From Camelus ferus (Eukaryota), in the NCBI RefSeq assembly GCF_009834535.1, contig NC_045697.1, forward strand, positions 34,288,001 to 34,352,000: a stretch of DNA of 64,000 nt. Reading direction: 5' to 3'. The position numbers were made by a program, and so were the translations under genes. Of the stretch, positions 26,529 to 40,941 are shown in pieces; position 1 is the stretch's first letter; each line of letters opens with the position of its first letter. The notes beneath the pieces were generated by a model. That model had not been told where the DNA came from and did no database searches. It saw nothing but the letters and a program-made list of their open reading frames with translations.

Positions 26529-27909
26529 TGCAAAGTTTTGAGCTTCCTTTCCATGGTTTACATGTACAGGACCAGAAACCTGGGCTAGATTTACTATTAC
26601 AGAGGACTGAATCTGTCTTCGAACTGCATGGAAATCAATCAAATAGGAAACCATCCTGGATAAAGCAGTTCTTACATGACAAACAAAATCCGAAGTTAGA
26701 AACTCTGTCCTGGGAGTAGACTTTAGGAAAACATTACAATGTAAATCCTTATATCAGAGACTAGTAGGTAATATAATAGAGGCTGCCTGCGGCTTTGCCA
26801 AGACACAGAAACATTCTTTGGAAGGATGCTTCTTCTTCTAACCAACTCTAAAAGATCAGGGCATAAAACCAAATTGCAACTAACTTTATAAAGGAATTTC
26901 TGCCAAAATAGTACAGTCTATTTCCCGACGATCTAACTTTTATAGAGATAAGCTTATGAGGCCAAGAGACACAGAGAATCACGTCCCCTAGACCAACTTC
27001 CTCAAATACCAGATGTCTCAGGAGCATTTGGCAAGTATCAGAGGGTGGTCTAAGTTCTGATTCGTATTGTTGATTAAATAAATGTCCATATGTTTTTGAT
27101 ACTGGACACGTAGGTAGCAAAGTCAATATACCATCAGGAGAATTTAGGGGCTTGATTTATACCCTTGTCTAATCAAATAGTCATCATACTTCCAGCTGGG
27201 GTGAACTCTAGAGATACCTGCAGATGGGGGTAAAATGTTTTGCAGATTCGGAGAAGAGCTCTGAATCTTCTCATTAGGACAAGCACTTAGTCGAGAGCCT
27301 AGCATTTCTGCTGTTAGACATGGACAGCACAATTTGGGTCTGAAAAACTCTCAGTGCAGGTGTTTTTAATCAACTGCATCTATCATGAAAGCATCTCTGC
27401 AGAATCCTTGCAAAACATGTAATTTGGTGTCTATTTGCATTTTTAACAAACTAGCTTCAAAATACACCCCCTCAAGTGGATGAATAATCTATTTGGAGTT
27501 AAGGTATGTTCACTTTGGATACGACACCACAGTGTTTTTCTCTATGAACGTTTACTGAATGAGTGAATAATTTAATGAGTTTATATTATAGTATCAAGAT
27601 AATATTAGAGTTGAATATTTTTCTTATATAATTTTAATAGGAATGCCATGTGCTCCACTATAAATGGACCCTTCTCAGATGACAAAAAATCGGGAAATTT
27701 TTTCTAACTTGATGTTCTTGATGGTTTATTCATATGTCTTCCCCACTTCATCATAAGCTCTTTGATGATGCTATTCACCTTTGCATCATCCACACAGTGC
27801 CTACCCCTGTACAAGGCCTATAAGCAGATGCTCAAAACACAATGGGAGGAAGATACTGAATAGAATTAGTTGGGGCTGTTTTTTAAACCTCAAGTTTCTG
27901 ACGCCGAGT

Positions 27910-28480
27910 ATGTGTGGAGGTATAAAGGCAGGCCGGTGTAGTGGACACGCCACTCCAGAAGCTACAGGAAGACAGCTCTTTCCTCTTCCTCCCCCTCTCA
28001 CAGCTGGAGCTGGTCAATGACTAGCCGTGGCCAGACATGCCCTCCTATTAGGGACTTTGGATCTGGAGGAAATGGCTCAATGGTGCAGAGTTACCAGTGA
28101 ATTAATTTGAGGCATCAGCAGGCAGAACTGGAAATCCGCAGCACAGCACTGGTCCCCAGGGACGGTGGTGACAGCAGCTTCCTAAGAGGCCCACTCCCAC
28201 GGTAGGAATCTAACCCCATCTCACACATTCTTTTGGTGCCTGCCCCTCTCCAGAGGCCTGGCTCTCCAGACTTCCGTCAGTCCATGAGCCATCCGTGTAA
28301 ACTGAAGGGTGAGCTTGAAGGCAACCCAAAAGCACGAAAACACTAAGACTGCCTTTCCTCCTCGTTTCCTTGGGAGACGAATCACTTCTCACCTATTAAC
28401 TTGGTCACATAACGACTATGGTTCCACCCATGCTGCTCTCTCAGACTTTCCTAGCCCTCTTGTGAAATAAAGTTATCTTT
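27910..28480 (+). mobile_element. Old ERVL LTR-like (LTR16/33-like) element
   Basis: GC-richer block with acagctggagctggtcaatgactag and a terminal aataaa; weak family resemblance only. Confidence 0.4.
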
Positions 28481-28599
28481 AAAAAAATCTGAATGTCTGT
28501 CTAGATTTTTAAATATCTAAGATGCTGCACTGACATTTTCCCACTATGTTAAGGAAATGGAGCAATGGAGTAAAGAGTTTTCTTTTTTAAAAAATCCAA

Positions 28600-28882
28600 C
28601 ATGTATGCAATAGCCAAAGGTAGAAATTGCCAAGACAGGTGAATTCATCAATGGATGAATAGATTTAAAAATATGCTGTATCCATGCAATGGAATGTTAT
28701 TCAGCTATAAACTGGAATAAAGTACTGATTTATAGATACATGAAAACATTAAGAGCAAAAAAGCCAGATACTGATGATGATAGCACAACACTATGAATAT
28801 ACTAAATGCCACTGGATTATACACTTTTAAATGGTTAAAGTGGTGACTTTTCTATTGTGTATCGTACTACAATAAAAAAAAG
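28600..28882 (+). mobile_element. Old L1M 3' end
   Basis: aatggaatgttattcagcta; ctaaatgccactggattatacacttttaaatggttaa. Confidence 0.75.
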
Positions 28883-30202
28883 TTTAAATCCAATATCCAA
28901 AAAAATCTGAAGGAACATAAATTAGAATTTTTCAAAAGTGATCCTTTCTATTTGCAACAGAACAGGGTGTCTGGTCAAAAGAATTTGGTTATAAAATCTT
29001 TGTAGTTCTGACTCTTCCTCAGAACTCTCAATGGAGTTATCTATCACGTAATCAGGTTTTCATATTAAGAAATAACCTTGTGTCTTCATGAGAGGAAAAT
29101 AAAGCTCACTCAAAAGGCTTTTAATTTATCTCTGATCACTGTCACACTCCCTTTCATTTGGACACAATAAGGATGTTGTGAAAACGAAATGTAATTTAAT
29201 GGATCTTAGCAAATATAATTTTCCATTCTGGAAAATCCTGAAGTGCTTTTATTATATTACCAGTTACTCAATTTTCCAAAGATGTGGGACTTTACGTGGG
29301 AAAAATCATGGGCTGAAGATGCTGGTATTTACATAACTTTTTAAACTGGGATAACAAAAATGTGTTGCCAATTGCTATTCTGTAATTGGATGGCTCAACA
29401 TTATAAAATTGTTTCAAGTTTACTCAGTAGAATCCTGGGAAATGACATTTACTCAATTTTTTTTGTGCTAGAATTTTATAACCCCTTGATCTTTTATGTC
29501 TATCATTTCTATGTTTCTCCCAAATCTCACACACATCATTGGTGAAAGAAAAATATATATACCTATGTGTGTACACACACACACACACACACTCTCACAT
29601 ATATACTCTAAGACCTTTCAGTTATTGCTTTCCAGCCCTGGAAAAGAAAACCCCACAAGTATCTACCTTTCAAAGTATTGATTTCAGTGTGTTCGTATCA
29701 AAGCGAGAGTGAGTGTCTTTTCATTCTATGAAGAAGCAAAATGGTGAACAATTTCCTCATTTACATTTCCTGCATTACATAGGATAAATTGAAAAACCAG
29801 CAACTTCAAGTTCTACTTCTCAACTTATTAAAAAATGTATGTTGCTTAAAAAGGAATTTTCAATAGCCTCCTGAGGGGAAATCACAAGATTTTTCCCATC
29901 CAGTTTCCTCAGAAGAAACCATCTTAATGCTTTTATAAATAAAAGCATTTCATTTCAGAAGTACTTAAAATACAATTACTTCATTTACTTTCAGAGGCTT
30001 TATCAAAGTAGGGTTTCAACCCACACTCTTCAGAGCAGGTGTCTGTAATTTAATACAGTCCTCTCACCTGATTCATTTCCCGTGCTTTGGAGGGCTCGAT
30101 TTGAGAGCACTAACTCACTCTGCATTCATAAGGAAGATATTATTGCCAAGTTCTGTGAAGCCCTCTGAGAAATCCATCAGTGCTACAAACTACTGACCTT
30201 AC

Positions 30203-30332
30203 CCTAAACCCATCTGCTTGCAGGCCAGCTGACTCAATGTCTCCTGCCAGCCATCTGCACACACGTGGTGTTCGACTGCAGATCTGTGAGCAGTCAGGAG
30301 TGAAGAGGAGTTCACGTTTGCAGAGAGGGTCA
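30203..30332 (-). CDS. CORIN: CORIN exon ~16, SRCR domain part 1 (130 bp)
   Basis: VTLSANVNSSSLLTAHRSAVEHHVCADGWQETLSQLACKQMGLG; acceptor tcAG after a pyrimidine tract, donor GTaag. Confidence 0.95.
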
Positions 30333-31164
30333 CTGAGGGGGGAAAAAAAAAGGAAACCCTAATTTAAAACATTTCTTCTCATGAAACCAAATGACAACTT
30401 TACATGCCTTTGCTTTAATTGCAAGCATGCATTTTTATTTCTTTTAGCTAAGAACCATTTGGTGAATTCTCACCCTGTGCAAATCACTGATCTCCATGTG
30501 ATGGGGGACTGAAAAATGAATCTGATGTGTTCTCTGCCCTACAAGAACCATAGGCTCCAGTGAAAGAGATAGGCAGTTCTTAACTTTATACGTTAGAAGA
30601 CAGCCAGAGGTAGGTCCCATTCCCATGAGTTTACCCAATAATTTGCATACTTAGAAGGAGCTAGCTGTAACTTCATTCAAATCATTTCCTTTCAAGAAAG
30701 CCTATGAGAAGGCAAGTGTGTGAGTGATGTTAATTTAGGATTCATTTGGCATATATACTAATTTCTATTTTATAAAAGAGAATCCTCTGTGCTTCATCCA
30801 CCACAGATTATTTGTGGAAACAATGCACAGTTAATGACAACACACACCGTAAGCAAGATTTGGCCAGATGATGCAAAGGACTGAAATGAGAGCCAGGTGA
30901 ATGGCAGGAGTGATGAGGGTGGGACAACAGAATAAATCAAACTCAAGGTTATAAACTGCAACATTGGGATAAAGGTGGGAGATGCATTTAAGTCCTGTCC
31001 ATGTAAGGGAGTAGACAGTCTCATCTGGATCTGGAGCAAGAATATAGGAAGGATGGAAGGGTCCCTTTAATATTCTGTTCCAGGAGGTGTCAGTGATCTA
31101 AGAAAGGCCGACTACTGATAATTGTTGAAGCTGGGGGATGACAGAGTTTTAAAAATTATATTCA

Positions 31165-31272
31165 TATGAAAAGCTATTGTATGTGTATGTATGACTGAAA
31201 CATTATGCTGTACACCAGAAACTGACACATCATAACTGACAATACTTCAATAAAAAATAAGTTAAAAAAATA
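31165..31272 (+). mobile_element. Short LINE-1 3' end
   Basis: gtatgactgaaacattatgctgtacaccagaaactgacac...cttcaataaaaaa. Confidence 0.85.
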
Positions 31273-31549
31273 AAGATATAATTCTGCTTAAAAAAATGTA
31301 TATGGTCATAACAATTTGAACCCAAATATTTTTACATATAATATAAGCATTTCAAATAGAGAAGTAACTTGGGGGGAAGTGTTCTGTGAGTTGGAAATAA
31401 CACGCATGAATCACCACTGTCGGCTTCTATAATAGTAAAGCAACATAGATGAACTTGGTTAGTAAGGTCCGTGAAGCCATTTAGGATTCACTCAGCTTAA
31501 ATGGCTGACAGGCATTAGAGCAGAGAGCAGATGGCAGAAACAAGCTCAC

Positions 31550-31660
31550 CACAGTCCCATTCGTCAGAACTGTCTACACAGTCGGCTTCACCATCACACC
31601 ACCGGTCACGTGACACACACTCGTGGTTGGCACATTCCAGCTCATCGTCTTGGCAAAATG
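31550..31660 (-). CDS. CORIN: CORIN exon ~15, LDLR-A repeat 8 (111 bp)
   Basis: SFCQDDELECANHECVSRDRWCDGEADCVDSSDEWDC; acceptor ccAG, donor GTgag. Confidence 0.96.
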
Positions 31661-33464
31661 CTGGCAGGGGAACAAGAAGTGAGGGGACAGAAACATTTTA
31701 GCAATGAATGTGATTATCACTAACAGGCACATCATTGTTTGCCAGCAGGAGCATGGGAGGAAGAAAGGATGTGGTTATGAGGCCTCCAAACAGGTGGCAA
31801 GACAGACAGAAGACAGAATCAGTAAAACCTCATTTCAGAGATGTCAGTCCACACAAACAGCAAGAGTTTAAACAGACTACTATCTCCAAGGGACTAGGTT
31901 CTCTAGGTCTAACCTGTAGGATTGAGATGGTGGTACCCAGAACAGCAGAAATACCAGAGGTTAGAACACAAGGCTCAAATCTGAAGTGGTGTGAGCAGAG
32001 AACTGGGCATGAGCAGACTGAACTCACACCCTAGGGTGAAAACCAGCTCTGTCCACATTTATGGATAATTTTATTTCCTTAAATCTCTACTATGATATGA
32101 CTCTCTGAGTCACTACACTAATTCTCGGGTTTTAAAAACTATAGTGAAACTCCTTGATTGCCTACGTAGCATCTCTTCTCTTTCTTCCTCCTTTTTCAAG
32201 GGAACCTGATTTTATTCAGGCTCCTACACCATCCCCTGCTCTGGGGGGAAGATCCTGGTTAGTTTAAGGTGAAGATGGCTTTTTTCTGACTACAATTTTT
32301 TTTTTTTCTGAGTACAATTATAAGTCCAGGAGAAAACAGGTGATCCAAGGTCAGGGTCTTGGTCTATGGCTTCGTGGGTTGTGCTTTACAAGACAGCTCC
32401 TGCCCAAACCCTGCTGGTCAGGCCACATGTCCTGGCCTGGGACAGGGGTGGCCTGGCTAAAACGCCATCTTTTTCTAATTGGTTCTCCCTAAGGGCACTT
32501 CTTTTCCCTATTCAGTTGTTTAGGTGGTGTCTTTCGGAATCCACACAAACACTGCTGACTACTAGCTGGTACCTGGCTCAAAGCTGGCCAGTCAGAGTGA
32601 TGTTCCAGAGATGAGGGTAAGGCTCTGACTCCTTCCCAGTGGATATGATCAGGGAAGCATGGCATCTCAGGTGCTCTTGGCAGCCATCTTTGGACCTGGT
32701 GGGAGCCAGCCAGAGATCAAGCCAACTCAAAGAATCACAGAAGAGGTGCTGAACTCCAGCATCCACCTCAAGAATCCATCCACACTTGACTTTTTATATG
32801 ATGATATAAGGCATATGTAATACATAGGATAATAAAAGATAAATTTCTTCACTGTTTAAGTCAGTTTGAGTTGAGTTATTACTAGTAGGCAATGTATCTT
32901 AGGATTTTTTTTTCCTGATTCTAAAACTACTGGCCATTCATTTAGAAAATGTGGAAAACATAGAAAAGCATAAAAGCTTAGTAATTCCACCAGCCAGGGC
33001 TTGTAATTGTAAACTTTTTATTATGCCCGTCTGATCTTTTTCTGTATGTGGGTACATGTACTTTCAAAACTCAGCACAATAGTACACATAAATTCTTCAT
33101 ATTTTGTTTTATTCATCTAATGATACATAATGAACCCAGAAGAAATTATTCTTCTGATTTGATTTTTAATGTTTGCGTTTTTTTCCACTTTATGGTTATA
33201 TTTTTTTGTCCCTTATTTTTGGATATTTTGGGGGGGTTCTAATTTTGTCCCTGTTATAAATAATGCTGGAATAATATCATTACGCATATATTTTACACAT
33301 TTGTCTTCTTGGTTTATATTTTTACAAGTGGCGTTTCCATCAAAAGATCTGAACATACACAAAGATTTGATACATAGTTCCAAATTTCAGGCTTATATTC
33401 AAAATGAGAGGTAATTCATGTTTAAAATAAAATGTCATGTTGACAGTTTCACCTAGGCACTTAC

Positions 33465-33578
33465 AGCAGTTTTTTTCATCCATGTGATCAGGGCAGTCTG
33501 GGAACCCATCACAGATGACTGTGTGCTTCAAACATTGTTTATTGGATGGACATTCCCAAAGATCTCTCTCTTTACATC
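33465..33578 (-). CDS. CORIN: CORIN exon ~14, LDLR-A repeat 7 (114 bp)
   Basis: GCKERDLWECPSNKQCLKHTVICDGFPDCPDHMDEKNC; acceptor ccAG, donor GTaag. Confidence 0.96.
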
Positions 33579-35409
33579 CTGGAGATAGAAGGAAAGGTTA
33601 TTTGCAATAGATGTGAAGGTGAAAATGACAGTGGCTTTGATCAAGCAACATAAAAAAAAAAAAAAAAAAACAATAAAAAGGAATGCTTTCTTTTTTCTTA
33701 ATGAGTTTTGATTCCCGTACACCATGGAAAATGTAATTTTGAAAGTAGAAATGCTCAGTAATCTCCATTCTGCATTATAAATAGTACAGCTCTCCTAGGA
33801 GAAGATCAAAAGTGACATATGGGAAACAGGAAAAAAATGAAAAAGCGACCATACATTAACGTTCATCTTTAGCTGTTCCTTTTGCTTTCTGAGCCAATTT
33901 GCCAACACATAAGACTCATCTATAAAATGATGAGCTATGCTTTTAAGCAAATATGCCAAAACCTAGTGATCTAAATGCATATTATCTTAAAATGTAATTT
34001 CAATCAACAAATGGCGAGGCCATCTGTGTATTTAGCAAAAGAGGCTCCTCCTGTGCCAAATATCTACAAAACTAGTTGAAGAGGAAGGTAGAAAAGCCAT
34101 TACTTTAGTGATGTAGTCATAGATCTAGGGTTAGAAACTTTATCAATTAATATGAAAAATGAACATCATTTGCACAAGATCGAGACAACCCACTTGAACT
34201 GTAATTTGCCTATGAAAGAGCAAGCACTTGCAAGGAACTTAATAAATGTAATTTGAGTCACATGCAGCACATTTATACGCTCACTAAAACATGCCAAGGG
34301 TCTGATGTGTTCTTGTCACTCTCACTGGATCCATGACCCTCACAAGGCTGTGAGGGGCGTGAAGAGACCACAACCTTCATCTTTGAGCATCCCTGCTCTC
34401 CCCACCCCTCCTGGCCCATCCCCACTCCAGAACAGCAGCGAGCCCTCAGCACAAGTGAACTTTAAATGGAGCTTCATTTCATATAAGAAACAAAAACTCT
34501 CTCAGTCCCAGGAAAAGGTAATTTCATTTAAGGCAAATGAAATGCCAAGCAGTGATCGAATAAGAAGGTTCTTTAAAGATGCTGTTTCTCATCTGACCTA
34601 GTACAAATAGCTCAGAGACATGTCATAGATGATTAACTCAAATTTCTTGGAGTCCCTTATAAGAAAAAAATCTGCTTAAAAAAAATTCTCATTGAAAAGT
34701 TATCAAAATAAGTCACCCAAAGAGAAATTTTTACAATGAGCTAAAATTAAAATATTTCATCACTCAGAAATGTAGGACAGTGGTAGAGGATCTGACTGCA
34801 GAACTATAGGAAATAAACTGTGAGTGCCCTTCACTAGCTGTCCGTCTGGAGTGGTCTTAGGCCCAGGGACATCTATGCTGGGAACTCATGGGGATTATTA
34901 TTTGGAGTTTTCAGCTAACAGAGGGTACAGACATCATCTGGAATGTTCTGACAACGAAAATCTCATCACAAGCCATACCACTTGCTAGTAGACGATGAGA
35001 GAAAACAGCATGAGTCTTTGTGCCTATTCTCAAAGCACCATTCCTAGGAGTGTGGAGGAGAACTTGGACATATGGAATGAGCTGATAAAAGACCATAAAA
35101 GTCAGCCTCCTGGGACATAAGGCCTGCATCCCCATGGATGGTAATAAGAAGAGATAACATTTATTATCCACTATAAATCCACATTCTAGATACTAGTTTA
35201 AATTCTTACAATAACACTACAATGTCAGAATTACAATCACCATTTTATAAGTGAAGAAACTGAGATTTAGAGAAAGTAAATAAATTGCTCTAAATCCAGC
35301 CTTTTAGAGAGAGATCCAGTTGGGAGTTGGAAGCCAGGTGCAAGTCTTTGGTTGCAATCCTCTGTAAAATGAGAATACACAGTATGCACAAGGGGTGAGA
35401 GTGGGGGAA

Positions 35410-35572
35410 ACACAGCTTTTGAGTCAGACATCTGGATTTGAACCCTAGCACCAATCTCATTGGCTGTGTGACCTTGGATAAGTTACTTAATTTCGCTGAA
35501 CCTCAGTTTCCACATCTCTAAAATAGTAAAAATGATGCCTGCTACCAAGGGTTGCTACAAAGATTAAATGTG
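35410..35572 (+). mobile_element. MIR SINE (a second, opposite-strand MIR lies at ~35190-35340)
   Basis: gagtcagacatctggatttgaaccct...ggctgtgtgaccttggataagttactt...cctcagtttcc. Confidence 0.85.
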
Positions 35573-35941
35573 TACTCTCTAGGTGGTAATTTCCCTTCTA
35601 TATCTTTTCTTTTCTAATAAGTTTCTGTGGCCTATTGCCTTCTTTGTGGAGCTATGATGGGCATAAACGAAGCATGACAAGGTCAGTGTTAGTCACATGG
35701 GAGTATTACGATTTTGTGAAGCAATCACTCTCTCTTTAAAGTGACACTGTTGGTGTAATTACGCTTTAAATGTATGCTTTACAAGGGAAAGCATAGAATA
35801 CTATTAAAAATTAAAACAGGTTTGGAGAGGATGAGATATTTAATGCAGTTGTAGGTTCTGAAACCAAATAACTATTGATGTCAGAATAACAGCCACAGAG
35901 AAAATGGCCATGCCTACTCCTGGAGGCCACGGTGTGGGGAC

Positions 35942-36056
35942 AAAGTGACCACCTTGTCCCTGGTTTGCTCAGAACTTTGCAGATTTGAGCACTAAACATC
36001 CTTCCTTTCAAGAAAGCCCCCTCAGTACCAGGCAAACTGGAACGGTTCATCACCCC
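35942..36056. mobile_element. MER81-like hAT-Blackjack MITE
   Basis: gtgaccaccttgtccctggtttgc...cccctcagtaccaggcaaactggaacggttcatcaccc; imperfect terminal inverted repeats. Confidence 0.7.
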
Positions 36057-37169
36057 AAGGGCACTAAGCATTCTGCTGGGGTCTTCACTTCCTCTGTCTC
36101 TTGTTTTCACAAACACCCCGTGAAGCAGGCTTCCCTGCCAGAGGCAGATCTCACCTGAACCAGGGCACCTTTTCTCTCTATCCAAAAAGTTGTCATTATA
36201 GGTGAAGACAGCAAAACACCTTGAAGCAGATGCTTCTTGGAGTGTAAGAAGCTCTCAGTTATGCCAGTCTAGGGTAAGTAGGCTTGCTCATTAGGGCTGC
36301 AAATTTGAGCTACATAAAATTAAAAATATTATCAGGGAAGGGCTGGTCCCCAGAGGAAGGGAGCAAGACAAATCTGAGTCCTGGAGCCGGCAGAGGCTGC
36401 AACAGTCTGGATCGAGCCATCTCTGGCCAGCACCTGCCCCGGTGGCCGTGAATGTGACCTTAGAGTGGAACACAGGAGCTGTAGCAGGTAGGTTCAGGCC
36501 TGGCAGGTGTGAAGTCCCCTCCAGAGCTTGTGACCCTGGGCCGTGGAGCCCAAATCTCAAAGAACAGCCACAGTGCCTGCGGCAGCAGCCCTAACAAAAG
36601 ACCTGCCTCCGCACCTGACTCTGGGCCCACCTGCCAGGAGCAGCAACACCAGCACAAGTCATGGAGCTCCCATCTTAGACCAGAAAGCCTCAGTGGACAC
36701 CCCCCCACACAATTCCTGAGTCACCATCCCCTTTTAGGGGTGCCTCCCTCACATCATTCTCTTTAACCTGTGCTGGCCCTGTACTCTGTGGAGAGGCAGA
36801 ATGAAGACATGGAGAAGGCTTTAAATCGCAGGGTGGGGCCACCCTCAGGGACTCTTGTCTTGAACATGACACCAAAACCAGCGCTGCCTCTGGGACAAGG
36901 CGCCTCCCTGCTGCCCGTGTGGCTGTGTGGATCGCGGACTTCGCCCAGCCTGTGCTGGGGATATGACATGCCAGCCCGCTCTCCACTGCCATAAATAAGA
37001 CCTTGGTCTGTCAGAGACAATCCCAAGTTAGACAGGACTCCTTCCCTCAAGGGAAGTCCCTGGGGTGACCTTGGAGGGGGCTTGCTCCCTGGATTTCCTA
37101 GTACTATGGCTGGAGGGCTTTTGGTTATTGCCTTCCGAGGACTGAAGAAGGCATGTTATAAGCATTCCA

Positions 37170-37310
37170 AGATGTGGGGGATGAAGTAGGTTTCTCTCAG
37201 TTTTACATGGGAGAAAACTGAGGCCCAGAGAAGTTAAGTGGCCAAAAGTCACACAGCCTCTAAGCGCTGAGTCGGGATATGAATCCAAGCCTAGGTTTGG
37301 CAGAGCACAC
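37170..37310 (-). mobile_element. MIR SINE
   Basis: gagaaaactgaggcccagagaagttaagtggccaaaagtcacacagc. Confidence 0.8.
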
Positions 37311-38469
37311 TCTGCCATTCCAGGCTGCCTGCCCAAGACGCCAAGTGAGAGAGCAAAGAGCTAACCAAGTGGCAAAATATTTAAAGGGCAGGGTTTCTCT
37401 GAACAAGGAAGAATTAAATATGATCAGAGATCAATCCTAAGATTCATCCCAAAAGCACACGTGTGGGTTTGTGACACAATGACCCTCTTCCAGTCACAGA
37501 GCAGGAAGTCAATCTCTTCCACAAGCAAAGAGACAAAGAGACATAAAGGCATGGAGACTGGCTATCTGGAGTGTTCAAAAGTTCCAACTACATCCTTTGT
37601 GCACAAATACTATTAAGGAATCCAAACAGATAGAAAAAAGTCTTTTGGAATGCTTTTCAAGTGTTCCAAATCAAGCTGTAAAACCCACAGATAGGAGAGC
37701 CAGAGGTTTTAAACACATCCTAAAGGGGCTTTGACTCCAAGAAAAGGTTCAAGTTATAATTAAAGATTTTATTACATTTGCACCCAAGAGGAGATCAAAG
37801 ATGGAGGATGAAAGGGTTTGGGATCATTTGAAGATAAACAGAAAGGCCCTTTATGACACTCAGGCATTTGTACTGTGTCAGTCTTTCTCTGGATGCTGTA
37901 TGCCCTTTTCTACAGGCTGGTGATCGACTGGTACTGGTGATGCTGTAATTATGCAGTGAGGGATTTTATTCCTACAGGAGACACAAAGAAACTGTTTGAG
38001 TTATATTCTCATGTAACCACCCCACTGAGAGGACTTGCTGCTCACATCCCAGCCCAGGAATCATCCGGCTCCTGCTGGTCACTCACCCACTGGTGGACAC
38101 AGATCTAGCCAAAGCTCACCTCAGCCTCCCAAACTCAAATCTACAGCATGAAGGCAAAGTTCAGAAATACAATCCCTCCGGTATTTTCTTTAGCTTTCAT
38201 TTCTTTAAGTCCTTCTTGTTCATTTCTCTGTCCAGATCTTCACCTTTTTCTCCACTGCTTAGATATTAATGCTTGGAAAACGTTAGATTGAAAATAAACT
38301 CCTTTCATCAAGTTGCTGGATTTACAGCCAGCTCCAAGTATATAGCATATATTCAATTAATGACAAACTATCCACTTTCGAGACAAGGAAGTGCTTCTGT
38401 ACTGAAACCGTGCTGACTCTGCAAGTCACTCCCACCGTTTCGTTTTCTCTCCATGAAGCAACTCTGGAA

Positions 38470-38536
38470 TGATGTGTTCACATTCACATAATTCTTCCAA
38501 ACGTGATGTGTTCACATTCACATAATTCTTCCAAAC
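38470..38536. repeat. Perfect 33-bp tandem duplication
   Basis: tgatgtgttcacattcacataattcttccaaac at 38470-38502 and 38504-38536. Confidence 0.95.
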
Positions 38537-40833
38537 ACTTGCTGAAAATGTTTCTAATAATGACAATATTTTCAACTGTTGTTTACATTAACAATTACAC
38601 AGTCAATGCAACTTCAGCAACAAAAATACACCCCAAGAGCAGGAGACACTTCAGAACAACGTTACTCACTGCTAAATGATTAATGCACAGATTTAAAACG
38701 TGTATTTATAAATGGTGTGCTTTGACTACCATGTTTTCCTGCTGCAGAAGTGTGAAAGAAACACAGAGCAAATTTCCAACACATCAATTATTCTATTATT
38801 CTAACTAAATTAGTCTAACTAATTATTCTAACAAAATTAAAGAAGTACTATTTTAAGGGTAACACTCAATAATGTTGTAAAAATATTCTGGAGAAGCTGC
38901 AGATGAGTGAAAGTGAATAGTTAATTATCTCATTTTTCAGTAAAGTCCAAGCATTTAAGTGCCTTCCACTCCACAATGGACAAAACAAATCAGGAAAACA
39001 TGAAGCTTGGACTGAAGGCCAGCTTTGCAGGAGCTGGTGTCTGCATTACCGGACAGCATGCCTACACATGCCCAGGGAAACTGAGATACACACTAAGCAA
39101 GTAGGGGAAATGGGAATTGGGTCATTTCCCAATAGCCCTCCGTCAGGCCTTCCACGACATGACTTCCTTATTTGATTTCAAGTGTCCTGTTCTGCCAGAG
39201 CCTGGGACACGCCCATTTGAAACTGTGCACATGCCCCAAAGGTGATTATACACAAAATGTCTATTATCAGTCACTTTGGAAAAGTTAATGAGAGTTTTCT
39301 CATAAATTAATACTGTTGGGGCAATTAATGCTTCAGATTTATTACTGACTTTTAACCTTCCTTAACCAGAGCTCTCAATGGCGTCATCCATATTCTGAGT
39401 GTTTGATGAATATTAGACCATTTATTCTATTGGTCTGCTGTGCCTTTAATTGTGATAGTCGAGTCCCAACAGAAACTCATTACTTAATTAGAAACCTGAC
39501 ATTTTCGGATCATTTGTACCCTACAGTGCTTTAAATTTCTTTTTTGCAAAATTAGAACTCAGACCATTTAATCTTCATATAGCTCTTTTTGAAACTAAGT
39601 TTTCACATTGCTCAAATAGGTCTAGCCACCTCAACAGAGTAACATGTAACCCCTCTGAACAATCTAAGATAATTTTAAGTTGCATCTCAGAATACCAAAG
39701 CTATGATTTAGTGAAGAAATCCAATAGATTCTCAATAAATCACCCGTATAAGGGATATTCAATGAGTTTTGATTTGTTTCTTTATGTGAAAACCACAAAC
39801 AAGCAAACAGTGATAGCTTCTCAAAACACTGCATATTCCTCCCTAATGAAATTACCCCGGTCAGTGCACCATCATTCTGACGGCTCTAATTTTCCAGAAG
39901 ATACACTTGTCTGTATTTATAGTCACTGATAGGATTTCAGCTGATTGCTTGTGACATTCTGTCTAGACCAGAAGGGCAATGGCTACTGTAGAAAATTTCA
40001 TTTTGGGGAGCCAGGCAATACTTCATACCTCAAAGGCCAAAAGAATAAAATGATTTCAAAAGATGCATTGCCTTATGTGCTTTCAGTGGCAAAAAAAAAT
40101 GTCCTTTTTTTTTAAGCAGAACACGCTAAATAATTGTAACCAAACTATTTTTTGGCTTGCTCTTCAGTCACTTTGCTTCACTCCAAAACATCGTGCAGTA
40201 AAGAGCACTGTCTGTTTTCTATTCCCTGACACACTTTGAAGTTAGAAGTACAAAGGCTTGTAGGGAAATAAGATGGGAATTAGCTCCACTGAAATCACCA
40301 CTTCTTGCCTTCCCACTGGTGATCTTGAAGCTCAAAGGCAGAAACGTCAGGGAGAGTTTTATCCTTTTCTGACAGAGACAAGATCAGAGAGGACGTGAAA
40401 ATAAATCTCAATTGAATTTGAACTTTGGCACCTGAACTCTGTCTTTGTGTATCCATATGCCTATTTAATAACAAGGGAATTATACGCAAAGACATTATTA
40501 TACTGACCTTCAAACAGATGACAACTGCTTTATAATCTCCTAGTGAAAATAACCCCTTAGACTTGTGAAGAGCTTCTTTTACTAAGGGTTTGCCTATATG
40601 TCATCAAGGTTATAAACAGAAGATAATTTAGGGAAAAGCAATAGAATTAACAGGAAGAACACTTTTAAATGCATGCCTTGCCATTTGATAATTTAAGAAG
40701 TAAATGCCTTAGCATTCAATCCTACTCACTACTTACAACTATCAGGGAATATCTGATATATTTTATCACAGCCCTTTGTCCTAAAACCAGTTATTATTGT
40801 ACGTTCCAGAAAAGTGCCATCTCACATACATAC

Positions 40834-40941
40834 CACAGTTTTCTTCATCACTGTCATCATCACAGTCAGCCTGGCCATCACATCTTCTGGAAGCCAGCAC
40901 ACACCGTCCTGAGCCACACTTAAAGTGACTAGGTGAGCATT
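40834..40941 (-). CDS. CORIN: CORIN exon ~13, LDLR-A repeat 6 (108 bp)
   Basis: [36 protein letters not shown]; acceptor acAG, donor GTatg. Confidence 0.96.

Noticed and set aside
38470..38536. CRISPR-like repeat (33-bp unit)
   Set aside because: Only two adjacent copies, no spacer, eukaryotic intron.
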